From NCBI GenBank assembly GCA_964016885.1, contig OZ024741.1, positions 360,344,001 to 360,408,000 of the forward strand: 64,000 nucleotides of DNA, in the 5' to 3' direction. This DNA is from Eledone cirrhosa. Its lineage: Eukaryota. The position numbers and the translations under genes are program-made. Of the stretch, positions 25,970-39,485 are shown piece after piece. The notes under the pieces were generated by a model that saw only the letters and a program-made list of their open reading frames with translations, ran no database searches and had not been told where the DNA came from. Position 1 is the first letter of the stretch. The number at the start of each line of letters is the position of its first letter.

Positions 25970-27989
25970 TATAACAATTTACTGGTGTGTATGAATGTAA
26001 CAAAGACGATTGGTTTGTGTGTATAATATTTAATAAACAATTTGTGGATATATAGAACAGTATAGTTGACATGTCAATGAATAGATGAGAGAATGAAACA
26101 AAGTTATTAGTTACCGTTTGGTTGCCAGGTGAATGCGCCTGGGCGACGACTCCTGGCGAAGGCCAGGAGCCGAAAAGGCGAATGAGAGAGAGAGAACTTA
26201 AAGTTGTTAGTTTTATAGGGTTCTGACCGGAAGTTACAGAAAGGGTTCTACTTCCTGTCTAGAGAGCGTTAATCTATTGGGGTTGTGAGTAAAATATAAA
26301 AATCGAATGAAATATGTATGTAGTAAGTTGGCGAGAATGTTATAACAGGCATGAAAATTACGAAAAAAAAAAAAATGTTTGCAAAAATCAATGATAGATA
26401 TCAAGGTAGCCAATCGCTCTTGGCCAGAGAACGACTGGACATCTATCTATCCATCACCCAAAGATACAATGTAATAAAGTAAGAGAAGAGCTCAAAGTTC
26501 AAATGTACAAAATATAGTTCACAGGTGTGCAATCACATGACAGCAGGTAAGAAAGCGTGTTCCAGAGAATGAATGCAGGTGGTTTCTGTTCTGTGGTATA
26601 TCGTGAAATTTCCAACCTCCGAATGGATTTTCTCACAGGAAGAGTGCTGCAAAAATAAATTCTCTGGCTTGTTCTGCTGGTTTTGGTTGTTGATGAAGCT
26701 GTGTTGCTGTTGATGTTGTTGTCTCGCGGAGTGAGCGTATTCGATGTTTAAATTTACAGTAAAAATATTTTTTTCAGAAAAAATGAGTTGCGCAAAGTGC
26801 TAGAAATAACAGCCGAAGTTGATGGTCGATGTTGAGAATGCGTTGACCTGGAAGGGTCAAGAGGCCAGCGACCAAAGAAATAAGCATTCTGAATAAATGC
26901 GCAGTTTTCAACGGCAAATTTACGTGGTAAATTTATAAACCGGCAAATAGAAGAATATAGCTGAAGGCTGGAGAATCCTTGGCGAGAAACGTTATCTCAT
27001 GGCGTGCGGCTATCTCTGTGAGTCGAGAAATCCTGCTGCCTACACGTGCCAAAACAAGGGTAAGTTGAAAAAAAAAAATTTCTAATGCGCGTGAAAATGA
27101 TAGTGCAACAGGTCGTTGGCAGCCATTTTGAAAAAATGTGTGTGTGAAAGTGACAATGATGAAAAAGAAAGAAAGGCTTCACTTAGTATAACAAATATGG
27201 CGAGTTCAATTATTTTTTTTTGGTGTGAACTTTGAAAAAAACTTGAACGATGAAGAAAACAATGAAAAAAAAGGCAATGGTTGAGATTCATCGAAAATAA
27301 ATGTTCCTGTTGAAATGTTTTTAAAAAAAAATCAATTTTTTTTTTTTTTAAAGTGTTCGTTGTAAGAAACGAGAAACATATATATATATATATATATATA
27401 TATACAGTGAACTGCGACAGTTAGAGGATGCGTGAGGGGAAAAGAGTCTGTCTGGACGAAAATTTCACATGTGCGTGTGTGCGTTTCTTTGACTGAGTAT
27501 TTTCATAGTTTGTCAATAAAATTTGCTGTGTATTCGTAATGTTACTTACACAACACCAGATTCTGCTATTTTTTTTTTAGGGGTCACCACTTATAACAAT
27601 GAACGGCTGCGTGTTCGTATCACGTCGGGGTCACCACTTATAACAAAATACTAGTGTGTATGAGTATAACAAAGACGATTGGTTTGTGTGTATAATATTT
27701 AATAAACAATTTGTGGATATATAGAACAGTATAGTTGACATGTCAATGAATAGATGAGAGAATGAAACAAAGTTATTAGTTACCGTTTGGTTGCCAGGTG
27801 AACGCGCCTGGGCGACGACTCCTGGCGAAGGCCAGGAGCCGAAAAGGCGAATGAGAGAGAAAGAACTTAAAGTTGTTAGTTTTATAGGGTTCTGACCGGA
27901 AGTTACAGAAAGGGATCTACTTCCTGTCTAGAGAGTGTTAATCTATTGGGGTTGTGAGTGTCACAACAAGGGAGGCAACTCCTGCTACA
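25970..27989 (-). mobile_element. Non-autonomous LTR retroelement, copy 3
   Basis: 5' LTR 27639-27989; 3' LTR 25970-26290 (PPT and LTR start deleted); tRNA-Trp match 27605-27636; TSD ATTT. Confidence 0.9.
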
Positions 27990-28569
27990 ATTTCAATGAA
28001 ACGGCTTTGATTACAACTATTATCGGTGTTGTTGTTCATGTTGTTTGTTATTGCTATTTTCATCCAAGCAACTTTCGTTATTTAAAGCTATATTATTTGA
28101 AACAACGTTGTTACTTCGTGTTTTTTTTGTTGTTTTTTCCCCCTTTTCGTTTGGTGGCTGGCAGACCATGTCATTAACAAATGTTTTCATTTTGACAGGG
28201 AAAACGTCGACCCCTCTCTTTGTGAAGTACTGTCCCTTTTTCTGCGTGTGGTCTGTTAAAATTTTTGAATGCGATAAAAATTTAATGTTTAATATTTCGA
28301 TATCACGATATCCCCTTGGGGGTATCGTTGCAGATGAGATAATCCCACCTGCAAAGAGCAGGGTGTATCTTCTGCACCTTTGTAAGAACTTGAACAAAAG
28401 GTTAGGGCCGATAAAAAAATAAAGGTTTTCAGAAAATTTCGCAAGTGCCGAGAAGAAGCGTGCTTCTACCTTAGTAGTTAATGGTGATTGTTTCTACTTT
28501 ATGCACACGGCCAGCAATTTGAAGGGGAGGGGAAAGTCGATTAAATCGACCTCAGTCTCGCTGACCTCG

Positions 28570-29750
28570 ATACTTGTATCCGAGCAGTCGAGGAGATATG
28601 CAACGTCAAGTTTGACGACATTGGATGGCAACAGGCCACTTTACCTGTCAGGTATGGCGGCCTTGGCCTCCGGTCCCCCATCTCGCTGGCTTTGCCGGCG
28701 TATCTTTCGTCTGTAACCTCGTGCCGCGTCCTCGTCAGCGGGGTTCTTCAAAACACAATAGAACCATCTGTGTTCAGAGAACGTGAGGCCGCCTGTGAGA
28801 CGTGGGACTTAGCCCAGTAGACGTCCCTCCTCCTTCTCCCCGTGTTGACGTCAAGTCCCCCCAAAGCACTTGGGATGCCATCCAGTGCAGCCTGGCCTCA
28901 GACAGGCTCACGCGCCAGCTCGACCAGCACCGCCTTGCCTGTTTTCGTGCGTCCTCCAAACTCCACAGTGGTGCCTGGCTCCATGCCCTGCCCTCCTTCT
29001 CCACTGGCACGCAGCTAGACAACAATAGCCTGCGCATCGGCGTTTCCTTGAGGCTCGGTCTCCGGATCTGCGAGCCACACCAGTGTCGCTGCAGATCCAC
29101 CGTGGACTATTTCGGCCTCTACCCGCTTTCCTGTCGCCACTGTGCCAGCCGCCTTCCACGCCATGCTGCCCTCAACGAGGTCATAAAGCATGGCTTGGAT
29201 GCTGCGGGCTTCCCTTCCCAGCTTGAGCCAGTGGGGCTGGACCGAGGGGACGGCAAAAGTCCAGATGGCATGACCATCTTCCCGTCCGCGGTGGAAAACC
29301 CCTCGTCTGGGATGTTACTTGCACTGACACTTTCTGCAACCGCAACCTGGTGCAGTCTGCAACTAACCCAGGTTCTGCTGCACGTCAGGCTGGGGAGGTT
29401 AAACTCCTCAAATACCGGTCGCTCTCCGACAGGTTTGCGGTTGTACCCCTGGCTGTGGAGACTTCTGGTGTCCTTGGCCCTAGGGCTACCTCCCTACTCA
29501 CCACCATAGGTGCTGAGCTGGCCAGCCGCAGGTGTGAACCCCGCAAGTTGGAGTGGCTTTTCCAGTGCGTCTTCCTTGCCGTCCTCCGGGGAAACGCCTT
29601 CTTCGTCCTGTCCGCCGGGGCTGTGTGTGTGTGTGGGGGGGGGGGGCATCGCGTAACATTCCATATTTAAGTGTGTGCACTATCATATTCTCACACTGCA
29701 TATTAAACCATTCTTCTATAGAATATGCATTTGGTATATATGCACAATAA
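28570..29750 (+). mobile_element. CRE-like non-LTR retrotransposon 3' part (zinc knuckle and PD-(D/E)xK endonuclease), frameshifted, inserted into a SINE (halves 28485-28553 and 29808-29947)
   Basis: WQQATLPVRYGGLGLRS, SGAWLHALP, LRLGL.ICEPHQCRC, RHAALN, LEP.GL.RGDGK.PDG, LVWDVT, KY..L...VPLAVETSG. Confidence 0.85.
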
Positions 29751-30221
29751 ACCAATATATGGCTCCTTCCCTCTCAATGTAAACACGTGGATGTAAACAA
29801 AAGTGTGTAACTGGTGCTTTATTTTATCGACCCCGTAAGGATGAAAGGCAAAGCTAATCTCGGCGGGATTTAAACTCAGAACGTAAAGAGCTGAAATTCT
29901 ATGCAGCGAAGCATGGTGGCCGGCGCTCTACCGATACTGCCAATCCAATAAAACATTTTTTTTTTTAACATTAGTAATAAAACTTATTAGTTGTCTGGAA
30001 ACAGCCTTTTTATCTGGTAAAATATTTGTAAGCTTTCAATAAAGAACAAAAGCTTATCTACTCCTATTCATACATTAAAAAAAATGAAATATGCAGATTT
30101 GCAAATATTTATTTAGATTCAAATTCTCTTTCTAAAATGTTTACTCGTGCTTAACTCTCCTCTCTTTCCTTCTCTGTTTCTCCTTTTCTACCCCCTCTCT
30201 CTTTCTCTCTCTCCTTTTCTC

Positions 30222-30267
<46 letters not shown>

Positions 30268-30288
30268 AGAGGGTCTCAATATATAATA

Positions 30289-30617
30289 GACTAGCAGATT
30301 TGCCCGGGGTTTGAAATGCAACAAAGAATAAACAAGAAACAAACGATAATATTAGTGATTTATCGTCAAATGAATCTGATGTTTATATTTCTGTCAATAA
30401 AGTTGGTTATCTCCCTTACATCAATTTTGCTATCGATTTTTTATTGCTCAACGTGGGTCGATTTGAAAAATGTTTGTGATGTGACAATCTTAGCGACCTG
30501 TGCAACGTGCACAGAAAATTTGGTCAAATTCAGTTGGTAATTGTAAAAGCCTTAAGTATGCAAAGTTGTACACAGACACACATCCTCGCTTTTATATATA
30601 TAAAGATTAGATAGATA
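30289..30617 (-). mobile_element. Non-autonomous Helitron-like element
   Basis: Minus strand starts atctatctaatctttatatatataaaag with (tg/tc) repeats and ends cccgggcaaatctgCTAGt. Confidence 0.5.
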
Positions 30618-30759
30618 AACGAAAATACATGCTGGTTGAAGATATAGATTTATGGTGAAACCTTACCAGGTTTGACATACGTGAAGAGCCAGACAATCCT
30701 CAGTCTGTCTGAATTGAATCTTCTGGTTTCAACTTTTATGTATTTATTTATATCATCAC

Positions 30760-31105
30760 CATCATCATCATCATCATCATCACAGTTTTACGTCCATTCT
30801 TCCACGCTAACATGGGTTAGACGGGATGTCCTGTTGTGAGCAATGCCAGGTCAGGTGACCATGTCTTGTTTACACAGAACTGACTTTGGCTTGATTTCTA
30901 CAGCTGGATGCCCTTCCTAACTACAACCTCATTTACAGTGAGTACTGGACTGGGTGCTTATTACCGTGGCGCCGACATGACCACTTTACAGTGTGGACTG
31001 AGTGCTTTTTTGTCGTGACACTTACACGACCACTTTACGGTGGGGTGGGGTGACATACTGTCTATATGCTTCAGCTTCAGCTTGTACTCGTGGGAAGTCA
31101 GGTCT
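30760..31105 (-). mobile_element. RTE 3'UTR-derived short repeat with (CAT)n tail (also about 40615-40925, 50415-50670, 59120-59300, 56900-57110)
   Basis: Shares ttctacagctggatgcccttcctaac.ccaacc.catttacagtg with the 3' UTR of the RTEs at about 36500 and 42400. Confidence 0.8.
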
Positions 31106-32599
31106 TCTTAACATCCTGTAATGATTCAACAGAAAATATTTTTAAATAGGTTTGTTAATTCAAAAGTGAATAGCATTTTTAACTAGTGGACAGATTATTG
31201 TGAAAATTTACAATATTAAAGTAAAGTCTTTAATTTTCTAATGAAGTGCAGTGATAGTCCTGTTTTGTACTTCAAAAAAATGTGGTTTCATGCACTATAG
31301 CTATAGGACATTAAGAGTTTAAATTATTGGAATGTCATGAAATGACATAGTGGGCAAGTGACTTGATCTGAAATTGTATATTGAAATTTGAACCATTCCA
31401 TCACAGAAGAGTCTTGAAGACATTTAGAACACATATTTACTATTATATCTATTTTTTAAAAATTATATGATAGCATTGTGTGTTTGTGGGCTTTGGTGTG
31501 TTTTGTCAAGGCAAGATACTTTATTCCACATACCACAGTTTATTTGCTAAATTTGCAATATTATCCCTGATGCACATGGCTCCCTCTTGTCTTCTTTTGT
31601 TAAATTGTTCATTATGTTACCACAAGAATTCTCTTCTCCCATCATGTGCATCTATAGTCTCGTTCTTTCATCTCAGTGTTTTACACACCATCCAGATGTG
31701 ACTACTATCAGCTCACCTCTTCCTCTCAGTTTACCACTTTGTGTTTCTTTTGTCTTGAAAATTGTCTAACCAACCATCTTCCTTATACAATGTTCAACCT
31801 AGTGTCATACATTTAATTATATATGTATTTTGTCTTCATCATACAATTTCAAGTATGTTTTTTTTTTTTGTTGTGGAAGATACTCCAGGACAGTGTTTAA
31901 CTATTGGGTTATCAAGTTTGAAATTTCTAGAAAAAAAGCTAATTTCTACAAATTTCATACTTGACGACCTAATATATTGTTAGACTGTGACCCTGAATGG
32001 ACCAGCATACAATCAGTAGGGGGTCGAAACTGTGTACATGCATTTTGATGGAACAGACAAAGACTGCAAAGTTTTTGTGTCTGTTACCAAATATGTATAT
32101 AAAGTCTCAAAAAAATGTCATGGTTCTCTTGACTTTTTCCATGATATAATGATTTCTAACATAAGTACAAATCCCATACATTTTAGAAAAGAGATATTGT
32201 CAATAATATTGAAACTGGTGCATGACTGGAACTTTATTCTATCGATAGTGGATGGATGAAACGTAAAGTCAACACTGGTGGGATTTGAACTCAGAATGTA
32301 AAGCAACGAGACTAAACACCACATAGCATTGTATTGTTTTAACAATTCATGATGGTTTCTAGCATCAATGTATGGTGATACACTTTTAGGGAAATGAACA
32401 GTTCATGATAATGGTCACAGTCTATTTTATTGACCCCACAAAAGGACAAAAGGCAAATTCAAACTTAGTGGTGTTTGAACTCAGAACATGAAGGTACATA
32501 ACTGATTCTGTCAGTCTACCACCCTTTTCACTCAGATAATAATAGTTTCTAACAAAGGCACAAGGCCAGAAAATTTGAGGTGAGAGATAAGTCAATTGA

Positions 32600-32814
32600 C
32601 TCTTAACATCTTGTACTACATGAAGCCACATTAGCAAGATATTCTTGAAAATACAAAACAGTGTTATGACTAAATCACATTAAAAATTAAAGTATTCACT
32701 TTAAAAGTACAAATTTTCACAAGAATCTGTTGATTGGTAAAGAAATTATAAACATTTGAATTAACAAACCAGTTTTTAAATATTTTCTGTAAATTATTGC
32801 TGGATGTTAAGAGT
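32600..32814. mobile_element. Short TIR element in a TTAA-like site, inside a SINE; related copies about 31105-31318 and 1320-1434
   Basis: TIR CTCTTAACATC/GATGTTAAGAG flanked by TTGA/TTAA; internal similarity among the three copies. Confidence 0.6.
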
Positions 32815-33224
32815 TAAATTAACCCCCAGCACTTGACTGGTACTTTATTTTATTGTCTTTGGAAGATTAAAATGAAAAGTTGATCTTCATAAGATTTAAA
32901 CTCAGAATGTAAAGGTTCATAACTGAATACCACAAGGTGTTTTGTTCAACGTTCACAATTCTGCCAAAGAAATAAAGCTGATAAAAACTTGACAAAATAA
33001 TTGTTATTTCACGGACATTATATGAGAAAATAAGATCTGTGAGCTTTTGAATTGTTAACATTCCAATGAAATTGTAAGTGATGTGTGATATATATATCTG
33101 GCAAAGCTGACTTTTATGATATTAAAATTATTCAGCATTTTTTACAAAGACAAGCTTCTTTCTTTTAGTTGTCTTTTCAAGGAAAACTATCACCAATTCA
33201 TTCATCCATATCTTTAATATGAAC

Positions 33225-33560
33225 ACAGGCATAGGTGAGTGGTTAAGAAGTTTGCTTCACAATTAAGATGTCCCAGGTTAAATCCTACTGCGTGTTATTT
33301 TGTGCAAGTGTCTTTCCACACTTTGGGTTCAGCCCAAGATTGATAAGTGAAATTGAATAAATGGAAACTGTGTGGAAACCTATTGCAGAGATTGTACCTC
33401 TAATTCAAAGGACTATTCATGCTGAATCTTCCTGAGAATTATGTTAAACAAACACATGTCTGCAGAATACTCAACTACTAATTCTCAACACATTAATTCG
33501 CAGTTGATTAAATGACTGAATGTTCATCGTTGAAACCAAGAGAGAATCCATCGTGTTTAA
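33225..33560 (+). mobile_element. Old tRNA-derived SINE family B (also about 37820-38060, 55520-55620, 59330-59470 minus, 60680-60830 minus)
   Basis: gagtggttaagaag.ttgct...ggtt.aatcc.actgc...gcaagtgtctt head. Confidence 0.55.
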
Positions 33561-34059
33561 TACATTCTCTTTCACAAGGAACAATCTAATATTCATGCGC
33601 AACAAACCAACATACCTCTATTAAAAAAAATATGTTGTTGAAGTCTTTCTTTCTGGATTCAGTGTGACAGGTTGTAATATTTAAAAAAAAAAAATCAATT
33701 GTCAAAAAGTGATAATTCTTTTAAAATTATCCTTAAAATCTTAAGTTGTTATATAGAGAGTCTAGCATATGTTTGACAAGGAATGGTTTCATAAATCTGC
33801 AATGTCAAGCAAATATAGATGTTTAGTTACTGGTGAACTGATGTAAAGCTGGCTGATAGGTAGAACTTCTTTTGAATTTAAGCACAGATTCATCATTATA
33901 TTATTGTTATTCCATCAACAAACAAATACTTCATTGTTTGCAATCATTTTATTCTAAGTCACATGACCTCTTAACCCTACGTAATCTTACCATCTTTTTC
34001 ATCTTTCTTATATTATAGTTATTTTTCAAGTCTGTTTCCCACAAGTCTATATTATAACT

Positions 34060-34241
34060 GTGGATTGGCAGTGTCGGTAGAGGGTCGGACACCATGCTTT
34101 GACGTATAGAGTTACGGCCCTTGCCATTCTGAGTTCAAATCCCGCCGAGGTTAACTTTGCCTTTCATCCTTACGGGGTTGATAAAATAAAGTACCAGTAA
34201 TGTACTGGGTAATTATTGGCCTTGTGCCAAAAGTAGAAACA
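34060..34241 (+). mobile_element. SINE family A, full copy
   Basis: Consensus match; direct repeat attataactgt on both sides. Confidence 0.88.
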
Positions 34242-34435
34242 ATTATAACTGTTTAGCCTCTTTGTCCATGTCACACACAAATGCTATGATCTGTCAAAAT
34301 TATTCTAAATATTTTATTTAGAATTCATAAAGCGCAAATGTAAGACAATAGAAGAGAGGAAGTAAATTTTCTAAAACATTTTCTACCAGATCTTATATAT
34401 ATATATAAGATGATATATATATATATATAAGGTAG

Positions 34436-36690
34436 ATGAGACAGGCATGGAAAGAATGGAAGAACGGGGGAAGCAGGGTACATTATATAGAGACCAGGAG
34501 GGAAGCTAGGCGACAAGTATACTTAGCTAGAAGGGAAGTGGAGTATAGAAAATTCAAGCATGTTTTGCAATTTGAGGACCAGAAACAGGAGGTGTTCAAG
34601 ATTGCGAGGCAGTGTGTCAGAGAGAATTGTGATGTTATTGGAGAGAAGTGTATCCGGAATGATAAAGGTGAGCTTGCCCTCACAAGTGCTGAGAAGAAAG
34701 ATGCGTGGAAGAACCATTATGAAAGATTACTAAATGAGGAGAATGCATGGGAAAAAGAGACCCTACCAAGTGGACCCTATAGAGGAGCCAGCAGTACAAG
34801 TCAGCAGCAGTGCAGTAAGTAAGGCAATCAAAGATATGAAGACGAGGAAGGTAACCGGTCCATCAGGTATCACTGCCGAGATGCTGAAGGCATCTGGGTC
34901 GGTAGGTCACACCATAACCAGACATATTGTTAACCAGGTAATACTAGAGGGTGTCATACCAAAGGATTGGTGCAGTAGCATCATTGTCAACTGCTACAAA
35001 GGTAAAGGTGATGGACTAGATAGAGGAAACTATAGAGGTGTAAAGCTGATGGACCAGGTCATGAAAGTAACAGAAAGAGTTATAGCACAGTTGATTAATG
35101 ACCGGGTAAAACTAGATGAGATGCAATTTGGGTTTGTACCAGGAAAAGGCACCACTGATTCCCTCTTCTTTGTAAGGCAGTTACAGGAAAAGTATCTAGC
35201 TAAAAGTAAGCCGCTCTACCTGGCATTCATCGATCTGGAAAAAGCCTTCGACAGGGTCCCCTGTGCTATAAGCTGGTGGGCTCTTAGAAAATTAGGAGTA
35301 GATGAATGGCTTGTGAAAGCTGTACAAGCCATGTATAGAGGAGCAGTCAGCAAAGTCAGGGTTAGCAATGACTATAGTGAGGAATTTAGCATACAGGTCG
35401 GTGTCCACCAGGGCTCCGTTTTTAGCCCTCTCCTGTTCATTATAGTTTTGAAGCCAATAACAGAGGAGTTTAAGACCAGATGCCTATGAGAACTCCTACG
35501 TTCAGATGATCTCACACTTATAGCTGAATCTATGGCAGAACTAGAGAAGAAATTCCAAACATGGAAGCAGGGACTAGAAAGAAAGGGTCTCAAACTCAAC
35601 CTGAGAAAGACTAATGTCCATGTAAGTAGACGAGAAAACAGAACCCAGATCCCCTCACAAGAGATGTAGTGGAATTTCAGGAAGCTTAACTAAGAATGTA
35701 GGCTTCATATGTTGCAGCTGCGCTGGGACAGCAAGCAACAAACAGCCACAGGAAACAATGCACCACCAAACTCTGGGAGGGCTCTGTAGAAACAGTAGAC
35801 AGCTTCTGCTACCTAGGTGACCGAATTAGCAGCGGGGGTGGGTGTTCAGAAAGTACAATGACTAGGGTAAGAATGGAATGGAAGAAGTTCAGGGAACTAC
35901 TGCCACTGTTAGCTGCAAAAAGCTTTTCCCTCAAAATGAAAGGCAGACTGTATGATGCGTGTATATGAACAGCAATGTTACATGGCAGTGAGACCTGGGC
36001 GCTGTCTGTAGAAGACTAGCGTAGATTAGAAAGAAACGAAGCTTGCATGCTCCGATGGATGTGTAATAGTAATATATGCAAATGGCAAAGCATAAACGAA
36101 TTAAGAGAGAGACTGAGCATAAGAGGAATCAAATGCTGTGTGCAGGAGAGGAGGTTACGTTGGTATGGACATGTGATGCGTATGAAGGATGACAGCTGCA
36201 TAAAAAGGTGCAGAGCACTAGAAGTTGATGGAAGCCGCGAAATGGGTAGACCCAAGAAGACCTGGGATGAGGTGATAAAAGGTGACCTTACCCAATTGCA
36301 CCACTCAAGGGCGATGACACATGATCGTGACCTCTGGCGTCACGCAGTAATACAGAAGACGCGACTTCCCACGGGTACAAACCGAAGCTGAAGCATATAG
36401 ATAATATGCCCCCACCCCTCCCACTGCAAAGTGGTCATGGAGGTGCCATGGCAAAAAAGCACCCAGCCCACACTGTAAAGTGGACGTGTAGGCGCCACGG
36501 AAAAAAAAGCACCCAGCACTCACTGTAAATGAGGTTGGTGTTAGGAAGGGCATCCAGCTGTAGAAATCAAGCCAGAATCAGTTCCCATATGAGCAAGACA
36601 AGGTCAGCTGACTGGACATTGCCCACAACAGGACGACCCATCTAACCCATGCTAGCGTGGAAGAACGGACGTAAAACGGTGATGATGATA
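34436..36690 (+). mobile_element. 5'-truncated RTE LINE, pseudogenised RT
   Basis: NYRGVKL, QFGFVPGKGTTD, FIDLEKAFDRVP, GVHQGSVFSPLLF, RLRWYGHVMR, GRPKKTW; stops, frameshifts, deletion of most of the PHD region; (GAT)n tail. Confidence 0.92.
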
Positions 36691-38813
36691 TGTGTGTGTG
36701 TGTCTGTGTGTGTGCATATATATATGTGTGTATGTGTGTAAACCACAAACACTGTTTTGTTAAAGTTTTGTGAAGAAACCAAATATTACTTCTTCCATTC
36801 ATAAGACAATTGGTTATAACTAATAGTTATAATTATTTTGATTACCATTGCCTTTAATGCTGTCTTTGGTTTACTAGTGAAAAAGCTGTCAAAGAGAAAT
36901 AACATAATTTTGGGTATTGTCTCAAAAGAATGTCCACAAATTTTCCATACTATCTCACTAATCTGAAATCAATAACACTTCCTCCATTTCATCACAAATT
37001 TTCTCCTTAGTATTCATAAGGTACTTTTGTACATTGTATTTATGTATGATTAAACAAAAAAAAAGATGTTTATAACTTCCTTGTCATCCAATATATTTTC
37101 ATGATGCTGATGACATCTAATAACATAAATGTAGGACACTGACTCATTTACCAACACAGTAGTAAAAACACATTGACTGTAAGTTTGTTGACAATAACAC
37201 TTACACCAATAAACAAAAAATATATAATGCTTTTTCACTGTTGGAATAGATATAAATGTATAATAATTCAATACCTGACAGTTACTGTTAGATAATTAAT
37301 TACCTCAGTGAAGAAGCTGTGAGCAAAATCAAAAACTAAAAGTTTGCTGAGTGTATACTGTAAACATTGCCTTGACATAGGACTACATTATCCAAATATC
37401 TCTTTTTTCTTTTTAAAGATAGCACATTGTAATTTTTACATTAGTGATTAATAGCCAAATATGATCTTGAATCGTGAGTTCAAACAACCAAATGGGGTTT
37501 CTGAAGGGTCATTTAGAGTAACATTACTTGATAAGGTGCATAGATCAGGGAGTTGCTCCATATAAAACCTCTATTTCTCCGAATTGAAAGATCACAGCTC
37601 TGGTACTATGGACATTTGGTTAGAATGTCCAAGGAAATAATCAGTGGACAGATTTTATGATCAAAGCCAACTGGCAGGAAATCCAGTTGAATCATTTGGA
37701 ATCAGTTGTTTCTGATAGGACTCTCTGGTTTGCTTGTCTGAGGACTCATGCCCCACAATCCTCCCAGGAATATGTAGAAGAAGAAGGAGAGTATGTTATT
37801 ATCAAGGTACTCCCTTCCTCTGGGCCGTGCTGTCATCAAAATTGTAACCATGGGGTCCTGAGTTCAATCCCACTGCATGGCATGTTGAGCAAGTGTCTTT
37901 ACCATTGCCTTAATTCAATCAATGGATTATATTTGTAATTCAAGGGTCCAGTCTTGTTATATAATATGATGCTGATTTGGCTTGAAAATTACAATAAGGG
38001 TACATGTGTCTGTGGAATACTCTACCACTTATAGGTTAATTCACATGAGTTGTACATCCAGTTAATCACACATCATTCAGTGAATAAACAGTTTTAAATT
38101 GGAATAAATTAGTTTTCTGTGAGGAAGAGGAAACGTTTAACATTTTCGACAGAAACCTTCCCCATTAGGCTTTCCCTCTTCTTGAAAACCAGTTTATTCC
38201 ACTTTGAAACTCTTTACATTAGCCAATGCTGGGTTCAAGCATAAGTTAAACAAGCTACAGCTTGAGTCCTCAAATCTGCAGATTTCAGAATTTAAAAAAA
38301 ACATTTAAAAAAAAATAACCAAAGGGCTTCCTAGGGCTGGATTGACCATTAAGCAAAATATGTACATTCTTAGGACATCAAGGGAGAGGGACACTATTAC
38401 ACACACACACACATATATATATACTATATATACACACACATACATACATATACATATATATATATACATAAATATAAGAAATAGAACAATTAATAGAACA
38501 ATTAATACAACTGGATTTACCGCTGAAATACCTTTCACTAATCTCGATATAGAATAAACCACATCTGAGCTTTAAATATCTGAATGCCTTACTATTGTAT
38601 TATCAACTCAACTTATACAATATATATATTTACTATATATATATATATATATATATATATCATCATCATCATCATCGTTTAACATCTATCTTCCATGCTA
38701 GCATGGGTTAGACGGATTATATATATATATATAACAAAGACGGTATGGTAAGATACCAGGTGGACCATAACGCACCAGAGTACTCAATACTTAGGGTAGT
38801 AGAGTGGGTAATA

Positions 38814-38932
38814 GGAAAAGAGTCAGGACTCCGACGGCTGAGCTCCAGCCGTTTCGATAGCTAGATCCAAACTGTTCAGATCTAGCTGTCGAAATGGCTG
38901 GAGCTCAGCTGTCGGGGTCCTGACTCTTTTCC
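38814..38932. repeat. Near-perfect hairpin (54-bp arms) containing the 3' half of a hammerhead
   Basis: Arms differ at 4 transition positions; the minus strand of the left arm reads GAAA-CGGCTG-GAGCT-CAGCCG-TC. Confidence 0.8.
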
Positions 38933-39287
38933 CATGTATACATATACATATATATATGACTAAAGAAATTTTACTCTGACAGTGGGATACATGTACATCA
39001 AATCTCATCTTTTTCCATTTCTTAGACGATTCTAAACCCCACTGTCAGGCTAACATTTCTTTAGTCAAAAATGTGGCGAAAGCTTCTATTTCTAATTTCA
39101 AACTCACTCTCTGTTTCAAAACATGCTTATTTGTCATATATATATATATATATATGTAGAAGTTATATTTAATTTGTTGGGATTCCAACAAACTTAAAAG
39201 TTTATAACTGATATAGAGCTCTCAACAGTAACTGGAGTAAATATTCAATATATTAATAAATGGAAACTATATTTATAAAACCATAAT

Positions 39288-39352
39288 TATTTTATTATAT
39301 ATATTTCAAGGGCAACCAAGCCATTCTTGGTGCGCTTTCATCAGATAAAATA
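39288..39352 (-). ncRNA. Minimal type I hammerhead ribozyme
   Basis: Reverse complement: TATTTTAT-CTGATGA-AAGCGCACCAAG aatgg CTTGGTTGCCCTT-GAAA-TATATA-TA-ATAAAATA. Confidence 0.8.
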
Positions 39353-39485
39353 CAAAATTTGTTTTATAAATAGTGACATAACCGTCGAAAATAACCTTGA
39401 CGGTTGAAAATTTGCTGAATAGTCAAATTTTCAACCATCAAGGTTGTTTTCCATGGTTTTGTCACTATTTATAAAACAAATTTTG

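Noticed and set aside
27605-27636. tRNA-Trp gene
   Set aside because: Only the 3' 32 nt with encoded CCA are present; it is a retroelement PBS. SINE heads are likewise not tRNA genes
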